Assembly: GCA_965178125.1 (NCBI GenBank) | Contig: OZ237738.1 | Location: 1,116,001-1,180,000, forward strand | Length of the DNA: 64,000 bases | Direction: 5' to 3' | Source: Bilabrum cf. latius | Taxonomy: Eukaryota | Shown here: piece after piece, positions 37,901 to 51,700 of the stretch | How the letters are laid out: each line of letters opens with the position of its first letter | Position numbering within the stretch: the first letter of the stretch is position 1 | Program-made: the position numbers and the translations under genes | Notes under the pieces: generated by a model | What the model was told of the DNA's origin: nothing | The model's input: the letters and a program-made list of their open reading frames with translations, nothing else | The model's database searches: none

Positions 37901-38489
37901 CAGCCAGCACGACGCGCATGGTGCTGCAGCAGGCACCTCGAATGCGAAAGCGTCAAGAGGAAATGTGATTGCGAGCGGTGCGCTTTCAGCAGGCCATGCC
38001 CATAACAACAGCACCAAAACGGTTGAGCTGGCCGTAGCAAGTGCCTCTCATGACTCGTCCGGGTCGGTTAAGGCACACTTGCACTCGCCAGGAGAGCATC
38101 GATCCCCCATTGGAGACAGGCATGGAACTCGAGGCGCTGCCGTTGGTGGTGGGCAGCTGGCAACTGAAAATGGTGAGGCCGCGTTTGCCAGTAGCATGGA
38201 GGACGAGGTGGACGAACTCGCCAAGATCGATAAGGTGAGCAGTTCGTCGTCAACCGGGCACAGCAGTGCCCCAAAGGGAGACTCAACCAAGGCCGGCGGA
38301 CGCAACCTGCCTCGGCCTGGCCGAGCATGGTCGGCTACACCACGCACCACTTCAAAGCAGGCCGCAGCACCACAAGCTCGGACGGGATCTGTAGCTAGTT
38401 CTAGGCTCGGAAGCTCGGTGGGAAGCAGCAGTAGGCACAGGAGTGACATGAGCGTGGGATCAGGCGCCAGCACTGCCGCGCCCAATTGA
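34946..38489 (+). CDS. Hypothetical protein with MGCGAS N-acylation motif, member 3 of the three-paralog family
   Basis: Exon 1 34946-34978 (MGCGASNAAVV), intron 34979-35099 (GTAAGA..CGCAG), exon 2 35100-38489 with 11 TAGs, ends TGA. Blocks SRVFFGPGRKEGTVVQTWL and VVLSPLFVIR..FLKRMKRFLGLATMAMVRLE. Confidence 0.78.
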
Positions 38490-38604
38490 TCCTGAGTTAA
38501 ACGTCTGACGATCCCTTGATTGTGTGAAGCACAAGAGTGCTGTTTTAGGTTATTGAAGCGAGCGTGGTTGCACATAATCCGAGGGATGGGAGCTGGTAGG
38601 TTCA

Positions 38605-41600
38605 TCAAGCTGGCAGCTTCCACTCGCTGCCCTCCGTGAAGATCTCCACGGGTCGCAAGTCATCGCTGTCTTCGTCTCCCGACGCACCAACACCTTTTTC
38701 CTCGCTCCCAGCAGCACCATCTGATGACCCCTTGGCACTCGCGCCAGAACCTCCGACCCCGGTGGGACACGCAGCTGCTAGTAGAGCCGCCACCTCTGAC
38801 TCAGTAAAGAGCGCTCGAAGACGCTGCGCCCCGCCACTGGGACTCCTCACTGCATTCGCAAGCGCCATTGCCGCCTCCCGTGCAGTGTAGTGCTGGCTCT
38901 CAACCGCTGCAGTAGTGCCTGCCCTGCCAGCCAGCCACTCGACCACGTGCGTGTGTCCCTGTCTTGCGCGGTCAAGCAACCCCTCCAGCACCTTCAGTCT
39001 CCTGTATCCCTCACTCCTCTGCGCGAGCGATGCTGACGCGTCGTCCAGGCCCTGAGCTGCGCTGCCACCGCCACGAGAGCCCGCCGTCGCTGCCATCGCC
39101 TTCCGTGCCGCATCTTCGCCTGCCCGGCACAGCCGGCCGAGTAGGCTGCATGTGAACCCAGACAAGGGGGGCTTCCCGCCGGCGTGCCGGGCACCTGATC
39201 GCAGCATGCTAGCTGTAGCACCGGTGGATTCTGATGACAGGTTGGTGCCGAGCGCCATGGCAGACCTAGATGCTGCCAGCACCACGGCACTGGCGATGGC
39301 TCCGCAGAGCACGTCGCAGAAGTGCATGACAGCGTTTCGACCCACTCTCGCGTTCAGGTATTTTAGTGCAGTGGATGCGTGCTCCTGCAGCAGCTGCATG
39401 CCTGCAACAAGACTCTGCTCGGCCGATGCAGGCGATGGCGGCAAGGAGGCAGTTATTGACTCGCTGCTGCTGCTGCTCCCTTGCTCAACCTGCTTTAGCG
39501 CGTGCCGCCACGGCGCAAAGAAGCCCCGGAAATCGGGCGTGAGCGGTGCAGCTGACCCATCCAAAGCGCCCAGAGAGGCCCATGCGCGGTCGGCGCCCGG
39601 GTCTGGAGACTGACTGCATGCTGCGCCGGCTACAGCTGATAGCAGCGCGCCCCGAGTCCAGCGAAGCCACTGCACCGCTGCCCTTTCTGCAACGTCTCTC
39701 GAATGCAGGGCGGTCGGGATGCCAGTTGCGATGGCTCGCAGCGGGGTAGGGATGGACCGTCCCACGGCCGCCCCAGCAGCCAGCGAAGCATGCTGAGCAA
39801 ACATGAGGCCGTTGAACACCGAGAGCAAGTTGCAAGCAACTGCCCTGCTAGGGTGCATTGCATGATTGTCATCCTCCTAGACAGCTCCAACAGACGCTGC
39901 AGCACCTGCTTGCTTTTTCTCCGACTTCACATGCTTGCCGGCGCACCTAGCAGCCTGCATAGGCAGCGCGTTCAGAAGCACCTCCATGCAGTCGTCAGCC
40001 ACGTGGAGCAGCAGACCGGCACTGCGCTGGTTGGCATCCTCCTCACCCATGCCCCAGCCGCTCTTGCAGGTTGACGCCGCGGCCTGCACGCACGCACGCA
40101 CGGCAGCGGCGACCGCAGCTGCTGCGATTGGGACGGGTCTCCGTGGGTGCGACCAAAGCCCGGTGTCGCTGTCGTCAAGCGTGAGGCCGCTAGTCTCGTA
40201 CGTATCGTTCTTAGCAAAGCCACCCGTACCTGTGCCGGATGCTGAGCCATCGCCAGAGCTAGATTTGGCATCCTCTTCCCCAGCCTGTGCTCCCTTCTCT
40301 CCATCTTCAAGCACCTCTCGACTGGCAGATCCACCAGTAGATGCCACGGCAGTGCCCATCATAAGCGCCCTCCATTCGTCATCCACGGCGAGACCCTCAC
40401 CGTCAGCTGAAGGGCGCATGGAGGCAGCCAGTGCGTCCAGTTGGCCTGCGCCGTCGCTCGATCCATGTCCGCCCACAGTTCCAAACGCGAGACCACCAGC
40501 TGGAATCGGTGCTTCTGGCGCGATTCCACCGGCTACCACTTCGATTGGCATGCCCTTCTCATTGTCCACAGACCGGTTAAGGCACAGCGCAATAGCAGAG
40601 AGGACTCTTCGCCTTGAGGCCACAGCTGCCGCGAGTTGCGGTGCCGCGACTCGCTGGGCAAGCATGCTATGGGCTGGAACCTCCGCGATTGCAGCCGAAG
40701 TGGATCCTGAAGGGGTGTATGGAATCACTAGCAGCTCTCGCCCTGATAGCGTTTCCTCCGCTTCTTCGCACGCAGAAATAACGCCCTGTACTTCTCGAGT
40801 TGGTGATGGGGGGGTGGAGCGGACCGCCGCCTGGTGCCCCGTCGCAGCAGCAGCGAGTGCCAAAGCGTACGACCGCAGAGACTGCAGCACGGCGTCAGGC
40901 ATGCTGAGCTCCATGGCAAGCTGGAGGCAGGTGGCTAGACCAATGCCATTTCGTAGGGCTGAACCGCAAGCTTTGCAAGCCAGAGGCACGCTGCCATTGG
41001 CTGCATCGGGGCTCGGTGCAGAGGCTAGCACAGCATCGATCCGCGGTTTTGGCCAGGCCTTCAGCCTCAGCGGCTGCGACCCATCTCCGATATCTCCGGT
41101 ACCGTTCTCAACCTCTGGAAGAGCAGTCTTTCCCGCTACTTCCAGCGAGACTGCTAGGTCCTCGGAACTCCGGCCCTTGGCGACCTTGCCTTCGACTTCG
41201 GCCACCGCTGCGTCCACGGCTTCGACTGACCCCAGGCGAATGGAGGAAGCATCCTCCCCTGGTTCTTCGCCGTACTTGGTCCATTCCACGAGGGTATTTT
41301 CTGCCGCGGCGGCCTCCCACCACTCGTCACTCTCGGACTGCTCCGCCTCCCACAGCTTCAACAGGCCAGGGCAGCTCGACGCCCAGGATCGCAGGACGCC
41401 GTCCGCCTCGTGGCCGTCCCTCCACAGGCAGGCAGCCACGAGCTGCGTCACCTTGCTGGATACCACCCCGCGCAGCGCCCTACCCTGTTCCCGAACAGCC
41501 TCTAGCTCGCCCATGTCGCTGGCAGATGACTCTGGAGAAACCGAAGCGGCAGCCTTGCCGCCAGTGATGTCGAACGAGATGGGCCCGGTGCCGCCCTCGT

Positions 41601-43888
41601 CTGCCCCATCAGGGCCCGCTCCATCTCCAGAGCCAGCGCCCGAGGACGGACCACCGACACGCCCGCCATGCTCCGCCGCGTCTTCTTCCGCCTGCCTCCA
41701 CCGGCGCAGCACAGGCTCCGGCACCGTACCCACCGCAGCGGCAGCGACCGCAGCCACATCTCCAAGCGAGGCAAAAGCGGCAGCTCGAGCTGCCTGCGCC
41801 TCTTCACTTGTCACGATGGCGGAATCCACCGTCTGCTAAGGCACGCCTCCCATTTGCAGCGGTGGTATGGACGTTGATACGGCAGCCACCACGGCCTTCT
41901 GGGCGTCTGTGAACCTAGCCAGAGCTGCGCTGGGCGCGCCGGCCTCCTCCCTGTCCATCGTTTCAGCGGGCGAACCGCTTGATCCCGCGCCCTTTGAAAG
42001 TGCCAACGCGCTGCTGCTGCCCATCGCATCTTCGCCACTGAACGCCTCCCTGCTGCTCCTCGCGCTCCTCCCGCGCGCTTCAAGCAGATCCAACGCAGGT
42101 GCCATGACTCGCCTGCGGACGAGCCCGGACCACGCCTTCAGCGTCCTTGCCGCTACGTGGGGTGCTACGGCAGCCAGGGCCACGACGGCTTCGGCGGGAC
42201 ACACGGGGTCTGCGTGTTCCACATCGCTGGGGGTGATTGTGGCAAGCAGTTCGTTCGAGTCACCTCCGCCGCGGGTTCGCAGCACGCGAATGGATTCCAC
42301 CGTGCTGCTGCCTGCCTGGCAGCCGCCTCGCTCCACTATCAACGCTCCCTGTGCCCTGGATGCGGCAATCCCTGCGGGGATGTCATCGAAAGACTCAGCG
42401 ACGCCATCATGCAGTGCAGCCTTCCGGCCGCGCTTTCCCGCTGCACCCCCGGCCGCCTGCACTGCCGCTGCGGCCGCCGCGGCCGCGACGGCGCTTTCCT
42501 TTCGCAGCCACCGAAGCTTCACCCCGGTCCCACTATGCGCTGCCAGCGCATCCACAGCCTCATCTCCCACGTCGACCCGCACTGCGGCTGCGAACGCGAG
42601 AAACGCAGCCGTGGCGACCCTGCTCTTGGCTTCCAAAGCCTCGCTGTAGAGGGCATCTGCTGCCATGTACGACCTTATTGCGAGAGCTGCCGTTCGCCTT
42701 AGCGTGCGCTGCTCCTGGGTTGCGTCCTGGAATGATGGGGGTCTCTCGCCGCCTGCCCGTCCCAGCTCCCTGTGGTCGTGCTCGTCCTCGCCTGACTCTT
42801 TGCTCTCAGACGCACCGGCTCCGCTGCTGGCCTGGCCACCCTTCCCTTCCTACTCTCGTCCCGCCGAAGCGCCGATACGGCCGTCAATTCCAACGCCCTG
42901 CCCCTGCTCCTGCTACCCACCACCGCCCTCGCCCTCGCCCTCCCCGTCGTCTCCAGAGTCGTACCCCGCTCCGTCCAGCAGCCCAAAGGTGTCCCCTCCC
43001 TCCGCGTGCCAGGGAACAGCGGAGGCGCCTCGGGGGTTACCTGTACCACCGGATTCATCATCGTGCCCATTCGTCTGCTGCTGTGCCGCGTCGGCATCCG
43101 CTGCAGCTCGCAAGGAGGCTAGGCCCTCAGCGGCGAGCACTGCCTTCTCGTCCCGAGCAATCCACTCGAGCCAGCCGGGCGGGTGGGCCACATCGGGGTT
43201 GTACAGGCCGGCCGCATCGCTCGCCTGCTTCATATCTTCCTATGTCTGGTCGCGGATCTCACGAGCACCGTGCAGTGCAATGCATGCAGCGGCGGCGGCC
43301 TCGCACATGCGACCGTTCTGCAACGAGTCCTCCACCATGTGCAGCCTGGCTGTGACCGCTGCCAGCTTCTGCGCCTGCTCGGCAACCTCAGATGCTATTT
43401 CTAAACGAGCAAGCCCCTCAGAGGTGCCAGCACTGCTGGGAGCCGCGGAGCGAGCAGAGCGCCGGGTGCGCTTCCCCGCCTACCCGCCACCGCTAGCCTT
43501 GGCCATCATGGCAGCCTCCCTCAATTGAGCGGCTGCACCGTTCGCGCGTCGCAACATTACATTCGGAGATGGAGCAAGAACCGTATCTACTGGTTCTAGG
43601 CTAGGGTCGGCTTTGGTTGCCGGGTCTTGCGTTGGTAAGGGCGGCTTGAACGCAAGAGCAGAGCTCGTTGACGAATCCTGCGGCAGAAAACCACCGACCG
43701 TACGGCACAACAGAATATAGGATGCCGCATATAGATAATTGTAAAGTACAGAGTAAATGCCTTCAAGACCTCACGCGGGTGCCGCTTGCAATGTCTTCAG
43801 CCTCGTTTGCGAGCTGCTCCAAAGTCTCGAAATCCCCAGCAGCAGCCGCTGCCGCTGCTCGCTTTGCTAGAGACAAATGTTCTGACAT
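38605..43888 (-). CDS. Large helical protein, possibly ZW10/Dsl1-like tethering subunit, about 1728 aa, 2 exons
   Basis: Exon 1 43888-43775, intron 43678-43774, exon 2 43677-38605 with 6 TAGs; ends TGA. C-terminal YRRLKVLEGLLD..VVEWLAG..LFTESEVAALL resembles the ZW10 C-terminus as I recall it. Gene model is firmer than the identity. Confidence 0.55.
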
Positions 43889-44035
43889 TAACACACAAAG
43901 TGCAGGCGAGTATAACTCTCGAAGGCCGAGTGTTTAGCTGAACACAGCAAACCGTCCGGAAACGCTTTGAAACGAGCACATAATTCAAATTAAATCACAC
44001 TGCAACTGGGGGCATCTGCTCAGCCATCGACGACC

Positions 44036-47000
44036 TCATTGGCCAGTGAGAGCAGCGTGTACTTGAGCCGCCAGCTCTCTCTACGAAGGGTGGCCTCTCA
44101 GGAGGTTCGAAGCGATTCGAAGGGCCTCAAACGTCGCCTTCGGGTCGCCCCCGCCGTCCGCCATGTGCGCGTCCAAGGCGGCCTGGGCTCCAGCCGGGAC
44201 ATACTTGACGCCGCAATCGAGCAGCACGAGGGCCCGGTACGGGCTGTTGCTGCTAAGCCTGTCTGCAATCTTGACTGCGGCTTCTGAGCCGTCCCTCTGG
44301 CAGGCAAGGCACTGCCTCGCTGGCTCGTCCCATCGGATGCCCGGAGGCGCGTACCGAACGGCGTTGCACAACGCAAAGATCTCGCCGGGCCCGTCCACCT
44401 CCGGCATGGCCTTTGCGGCTGCCTCCATGGTAGCACGCCACCACCTGCTAGAGTACTTGTCTACCCCGAGTGCCTCGCGGATTTCATCCGCCATCCGGGC
44501 AGCAGGCCCAGCCAGATCGGAGCCCCTCGCTTTCCCGTTCAGCGAGATGCAAAGCAGGCTCACAATCGTTTCCTACCCGCTCTGGCCGCGCAAAGACCCG
44601 CGCGATAGCTTCAGGCCCTCCTCCGCCTGCTGCTGCATCCGCAGGAGGTCTGAAGCTGATTTCGCCTGCTGCGCCATCACCTGCAGGAAGACCTTGTCCG
44701 ACGCGGACACTGGGATCTTGGCGGCATTGGAGCCGCCCGTCTCCCCCCTCGCCCCGACGGCACCACCAGCCTCTGCGATCCTCCCGTCCGCAGCCGCTGC
44801 AAGCGTCCCCCGTGCCCCACTGAGCAGCATGGCGCGACCCGTGCGCGCGCTGCACGCCTGTGCGCTCTGCAGCTGCACCTCGGCCAGATCCAGAGGCTTG
44901 CGCAGGAACGCCAGCAGCCTTCGCAGCAGCGTGGAATCCCGTCTCCTCAGCGCGCTCGCAAGCACCGGGATGGCGCTGCGATGCGACGCCACCAGCGCAA
45001 AGAAAGCCGCCTCCAGTGCGCGGTCCTCGATCTCCTGGGAGGTGAGCCCTCCACGGCTCGGGTCGTCGCCTGCGTGCGCCGCCCGGAACGCCTCGTATGC
45101 CTGCCTGCCCTCCGCTTCAGCCGCCGCAAGGACCCGCTTGTCCACGATGAGCTCCCGCAGGGCGAGCAGGGCGGTGACGAGGAGGTCGGATCTGCTGCCT
45201 GGGTTGGTCTCCCCGGCCTCTATGGCTGCCTCGAGCGCACGCTTCCCGAGGCCCATCCGCAGCAGCAGGGGCACCCTCCTCTCTGCCTGCGGCTCGCGCG
45301 CGAGCAGACGTCCCGCCAATTCGGTGTTGCCTTCGTGGTACGCGAGCGCAGCAAGATCGCCCACGTTCACCCTCTGTGAGGCCACCCTGGCTGCCCTAGC
45401 CAAAGCGGCTTCGTTCCCAAGCAGTTCCTGCCAGGACTGGATCGGTCCGAGAGCGTCCGGCTGCACGGCTTTGGCCAGGCTGAAGAGGATGGACGCCTCG
45501 ATGCTCGCCGGGGATGCACTGCTCCCGCCCCTCCCACCGCTCGCGCCGCCACCCCCATCCGTCCGTCTGTTAGCTACCAGAGCCGCGGCCCATTCAGCGA
45601 TGACTCTCCCTCGGGTATCTCCGCCAGCTGCCTGCCTCTGACCCCCGTCGAGCTGTCTGAACTGGTCTGCCACCTGAAGGGCCTTGCGGAAGGACCCGCG
45701 CCCGGACAGCCGATCCACGACCGCGTCAGGGCCCAATGCCTGCCACTGGGATGACGTCAGAGGAAACACGCAGCGGTGGTCCGCCTCGGCGCCGTGGTTG
45801 CCTGCAACTGAGTCCACCACGCCCCGAAGAGCAAACAACACCCGCATTCGCCGCGCAGCCGCCGCGAGCGCCGCAGAGAGCGCCATCTGCGGCAGCTCCA
45901 CGGCCCCAGTCACGGGCCCGCCCTCGCCGTCCATGCCGTCCTCGGACAGGGCCCGGTCCTCCGAGCCCTCCTGCCCGTCGGCACCGCCATCACCAGCGCC
46001 AGACGCGGGCTCGCCGCCAGGACCACCTCCACGTTGTCCGGCGTTCAGACCGACGATCCCGGTGTCTTCCGCAGTGGGCCTCGCCACCGAGATGCCCCAG
46101 GCAGCCGAACCGAGGAGCTTCCGGCACAGGCCAGGCGTGCCCGCGTCCTGCGCGGCTTCGATCAGCTGAAACACCGCTGTGCGCAGCTGCCCCTGCTGCC
46201 TCAGGCTTCTCACCTGCTTCTCCGCCTCGGCCTTGCCCTTCTCGGCATCCTGGCTCGCTGCCAGCAGCAAGGCGCACGGCTGCAGGCTGCCTGCCAGTAG
46301 CGTCTGCGACAGGGTTAGCGGCACGGGCTCGAGCCGGAAGGTCTGTCTCTGACCCACGATCCTGACAGAGTCCACGTCAGTTCCCAGGGCACACGCCATG
46401 AGTCCGCCTCCCGGGAGGGGCACCCTCAGGCAGGCCCCTGTGTTCCCCACCAGCAGGGCTCCCGCCTGGTCCGAGTCGGATGCGATCACGCTCAGGTCCG
46501 GCGGGGGCGGCCAAGACACGACCACTGCGTCTTCCGTGCACCACGCGAGGTGGTCGGGCGAGATGGGGCACTGCAGCTCGCAGTCCAGGTAGCACTGCTC
46601 GAGGCTTGCGCCGCAGATTCGCAGGTGGCCTCCGCCGGTTACAATCGCCACGTACTGCGCAGATGGCGAAGGGCAAATCATGATGGCGGGGCTGACGGGA
46701 TCCAAAGCTGCCCCCGCCGCATTCAGGTCAGTTCCGACGCCGTTGGAATCGATGGCTGCAAGAAGTGGCTTGCGACCGGATGCGCCCAGTACCACCACAG
46801 GGAACACGGCGCCCGCGCCATCCTCATCGTCCTCGCCAGCTTTCGACTCCACGCCGGCTGCCCTGCCACCCTTGCGACCTCGCCTGGCCGACTTGCCGCT
46901 GGCCCCGGCCCCCGACGCGGCTCCCGCCTCGCCGTCGTCCCCGTCGTCGCCTTGTTCCCTGGCCCTGGTGGCCGCTGCCCGCATCCATGACTTGGCAGCC

Positions 47001-48060
47001 TCCGGCAGGATGGGCTGCAGGATGGCCATGCACATGGGCTCCACGCCCTGAGGCAGCCCCGTGGACTTTGCCTGCCGGAATGCAAGCTCGTCCGCGAACA
47101 CGTCTGGGATGCACCAGACGGAAAAGTCGTCCACGATAGCCGTCTCCACTCCCGGGTCTATGGCAGGGTCATCCCCTGGCCTGCGGGGGCGGGGCCGCTG
47201 CACCTGCTTCTGCGACTGCACCACGACTGCAACGGAGAGGCTGCCCACGGCTGCCTTGAACACAACGGGCTCTGTGCCGCCCCCGAAGCCGCCCGCTGAG
47301 GAGCCGCCCCTCTTTTGTTCCCTGACAGCAGGCAGACGGACGCAGGCGACCTCCCTACCGCCTAGCGGCGCGTGGCTGCGGAGAAGAGACAAAGAGGGGT
47401 GTACGCTGTTCAGTGGGCAGCAGCGAGATGGGGGCATAGGGACGTGCGCGGCGCGGTTGGTTCAAGCCCATGGCTAGAATGCATTACTGAGCAATCGAGA
47501 CGGTCCCGGCTCATTCGCTAGCAGACTCACATGGTGACGATACCTTGCTGCCACACGCAAATCAGGCGCTCTGATCCGTCCCAACCCATATCGACCAGTG
47601 CGCCGCGCTCTTCAATGCTAACGGACCCATAGGCATTTCCGGGTCGATCGCAAGCTCCAATTTTAACGCCATCAGGGTCGTAGATCCTCGGTACAAGCTC
47701 AGAATCGGCTCGCACACGTCCTAGGCGCAGCCCAGCTCCGGCACCTCCGGATGACGGACGGGGAGCAACTGCAATAGGCCCAGAGAAAGGCGCAATACGA
47801 ACAATACAATCTTCAAATGAGCCCGGCCCACGCTGACCTCCATCCCTCCAGCTCATGTTGCACAACCGAGGCATGCGAAACATGCTTGCCTCGGATCCGT
47901 CATCATCATCGTCAAAATCATCGAGCCGCACCCAGCCATATGAAGATTCGTCTTCATGGCCTCCAACTGGATCTTCCCCAAATGTTGCAACGAGCGTGTT
48001 GCCGTACTCCTCTGCGGCATCTCGCTCATCACCTAGGTCTCCTCCAGCAAGAGCTGCCAT
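44036..48060 (-). CDS. VPS16: Vacuolar protein sorting 16 (HOPS/CORVET core subunit), 2 exons
   Basis: Exon 1 48060-47531, intron 47376-47530, exon 2 47375-44036. Motifs IAPFSGPIAV, MGWDGSERLICV, LAWCTEDAVV, PLTSSQWQALG..VVDRL, VPLLLRMG..ALEAAIEAGE, RWW. TAGs at 44573 and 44081; ends TGA. Confidence 0.9.
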
Positions 48061-48710
48061 CGATACCAACAAAGTTAATCACGGAAGTAGGTCTCCAGCA
48101 GCTTGATTAACTTAATTGAATATGCTTTTGGCAAGATTTTTAGCCCTATGTAGGCTGTATGAGTCCCAAGTTGCGTCAAGTAGGGAAACCAAAGCCGAAG
48201 CCGGCTGTACAGTGCACTGCATCCTACACTCGTCACACACTGCCACTCTGGCAGGTTGCAAAACAGACGAATTTGTACCTTTCTAGAGCGCGCTTCAGTC
48301 TTGAGCGGATGGTGATAATAATATTCTGCTAGTTGTATAGGTGTGTGATGAGAAAGAAGTTAAATTGTGAAAGTTAGACATTTTTAGCTCACTATTCACG
48401 ATTGCGCCCCTTTGCATGCATTGCCCCAAACCACAGCAAAGGCCACAATATCAGTATTTTTCTAATTAAGCACATAAAATCGACGATATTGTAGCTTTGA
48501 GGCTTCGATTCGGCTTTCGGACTTCCGGCAATCCTCATTCTCGATCCGGATTGCGGTGGTCATTCACGTGTTCCGGTATGATACCTTCTAGCATCCTAGC
48601 TTCACTTCATACATAGAGATCGCTAACACCAAGCAGCATCTGAGCCGTTTCATCTTGCCTCTACGCTTCTTAGGTACGACTTACTTTGAAGGGCGCCCGA
48701 TCGAACACTG

Positions 48711-51700
48711 ATGCTGAGGACCTCCGGGCAAACCGCTTCTGCGGAGCAGCACCTCTCCGGCATGAAACAGAAATAGAGGTGCGGGGAGATACTGCACAGT
48801 ATAATTACCGGTGCCTTGAACCTAGATGAAATTGCCGACGCAGTGAGGCCATTAACGCTTGCCTATTCTTGGTGCACCTGCGCTTGTTGATTGATGCTGC
48901 TGCCAGTAGTGGCATTGCCTGTGCTCCATGTATCACCTCTTTTGACCGCAGACACCAAGCATGATTCGTTTATTCGTCCAATCAGCTCTAGCACACGGTC
49001 TTCGATTGGAAGTGAGCGGATTCCGACAGATAGTTTTTCCCACCGTTCCATACCTTGCCACCCCAGTCAGAGACTATAGTAGTAGCCCTTCCAGCCCCCT
49101 CATACGCCATTTGAACAACTTCACACGTATATATATATAAACATTGCATTATTTCATTAGGTACAGAGGGGCGGTTCGATTCTGCATGCGTCTGTGCAGT
49201 CGATGCAGATCAAGCTGACAGAGGCCGTGCTTTCCACAGGACCTCGCATTGATGCTCGTAACAACGTAAGCACGAGCTTATCCGTTGCAATCGATTGCTT
49301 TATGATACAATTAAATCCTCCTGCATGTATTCGATGATTGCTGCATGGTCTTGCACCAAGCTCGCAGCACGGGGACACGCCACTGCACCTAGCTTGTAGC
49401 TATGACCACCCCAACGCGGAATGGATCGTGAGCATGCTATTGGCGGCAGGGGCCTCGACCAAAGCTCACAATAACGTAAGAAAGCGCCCAAGCAGTACCT
49501 GACTGGGATCTTGTTGTGCGCTTGGCCTCCTAGCTAGAGTCTCACCCTCAGCTGCAAACTCAACTTTCGTTGTACGCCTCTTGCACTCAGTGTGTGTAAC
49601 GTTGTGCTGCAGGCGTCTCTATCTATGCGCTGGTTGGTGCGCGTGCTCCCAACAAGGTGCCACGATTCCAGCGCCACATCTCCACGGTCCGATCAAACCG
49701 GAACTCTCCGCGCGCTCCGACTCCCAATTTGAAACACCCCCGGGGGGGCTCACCAAGTGCAGAAGCTAGCTACCCAGAACCTACGATCATATACAATTCT
49801 CCGTATATTCTGAACTTGAACGGCTGCAAACCCGAGGATGCCGCCTTGCTGTAGCAGTGAGTACGTCAGTAACGGTGTGAGAACCCATCCAGATCAATGT
49901 TTCGCAGGATTCTCGCATGCCGATTGATGTGGCACGGCGCTGTGGACTGCACAGTATTGTCGCTATGCTGGAGTGCGAGACTGCATCAAAGTCAGCGGCG
50001 GCCACGCTGGCGGGGCATTCGACCTGCGAGCAAAGCAAGGTGTCACGGAATGGTGCTAAGCCCTCCGATACGCCGACCTAGACCGCCATGGGAGCCTACA
50101 TTGCTAGGGATGCCGATATGGCTGCGACACTATTCGATGACAGGGAGAGCTTACGTCGACAGATCGAGATGGTTGGTGGCGTGAGTAAATCATTGCTCTT
50201 GACGAGCGTGCACCACTTTTCGATCTTAAACGCAGTACAACGCCGGCCTGCCTCGAGCCAGTATTTAAGACGACGATGCCAGCCGTGCAATGCTTGCCAC
50301 CACTCGCAGCACGGATACACCATCCTCCACTACGCTTCTATCGCGGGTCACGACAAGGCAGTCAAAACGCTTCTCGACCTGGGTTGTGATCCCAACTGCA
50401 CTTCCGAGGTGAGCCATTGTGATCTGCAGATCTCCTACAGGGTGCTCTTCCCCCCCCCCGGCGGCTGAGCTGAGCTGGAGCTATCATGGCGAGATGGCTG
50501 TCTGGAGCTAGACGCCCTGCCTGTTGTGATACGATGTGCGCCATCCCGGATCCGGATGCATTTGCAATTCACGACTGTATTCTCAAAGCGGTGCACTTCA
50601 TTTAGGCTCATTACGCAGTTTGGCTGGACACCGCTCCTGCTTGCTTGCAGTAGTGGAGTCCGGAGCAGCCGAGTTGTTCGTTTACTGTTGCAGCGAGGGG
50701 CGGATGCGACCATTAGCGACGTGGTAAGTTTCATCAGTGTCAACTTGATCCCAGGTACGAATTATGTGCACTCAATGTAGCACAGTGCCGCCTGTTCCGA
50801 GTGTCTGCCTGCCCCAATCGATTGCTCTATCGAGGTCCAGCGCTGCACCTGGTCTTACAACTGCACGACACTCTATGCATGCTGCACACGTCCCGCGCAG
50901 AATGGCACGCTTCCTATCCACGCGGTATCCTAGGCCGACACGGATAATGCTGCAAAGATCATTCCTATGCTGTTAGCTTCAACGCCTGTATCAGACCCAG
51001 ACGTCAAGGTTAGTGGCCCTCGAGGCCGGACTCAGTAGGTCGATTGTGCAGGCAAGATGTCGACTGGCAACCCACACATGGACTGGCAATCCGAAGGAGT
51101 ACAGGGTGCAGCATCAAGCATGATGAAAGATTAAATCTGAGTGCACGTAAATGGGCTACACTAGTCTTGCTCTTTGTTCCCCTCTTTGGATCGCGCAGGA
51201 CAGCGAGGGGCGGACGCCGCTCCAGCTCGCAGTGGCATGTGGCAACCTGTGCTCCGTGCGCAATCTGATCCAAGCCGGTGCCAGAGTGAAGAAGGAGGGT
51301 GGAGATCCTGTTTTGTGTGTGAGACCTGCGCGGGTGATTTGAGCACTTGCTGCAGAATTATCTGTTAGGTATGCGCTCCTTCACGCTGTCCCCGATGCCT
51401 CGATGCCTGTTGCTCCGATGCATCGCAGGGCTCCAGCACGATCATGCACTACGTCGTCAAGGAGCAGTGCGCTGCAACGCTCCGCCATTTACTGAGCATT
51501 GGTGTTGATCCCATGGCTGTAGACGGCGTGAGACTATGAATTGCCACTGCTCTGCAACTCGCCACATCATCCCGACACCCGGATCGTCCGACATTTCCTC
51601 ACGCTGCGCTTGTAAAACAAATCATTCATGGTTTGAATTGTCGGTATCTGAAGCCCAATCGTGACAATTTTGCTACTTCGAGTACCTATCGCAGGACGGA

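Noticed and set aside
39935-45641. Long plus-strand ORFs (39935..41839, 41867..42649, 44163..45641) and similar ones such as 55594..57384(-)
   Set aside because: Antisense shadows of GC-rich coding sequence on the other strand; Ser/Ala/Pro-rich with no motifs.
38605-48060. Functional clustering of two vesicle-tethering genes (VPS16 and ZW10-like)
   Set aside because: The ZW10 identity is tentative and adjacency of two trafficking genes is plausible by chance.
48061-48710. Suppressor tRNA-Gln(CUA) or other ncRNA in the largest intergenic gap
   Set aside because: No cloverleaf or A/B-box pattern was seen by eye here or in other gaps; tRNAscan-SE or Infernal would be needed to exclude it.
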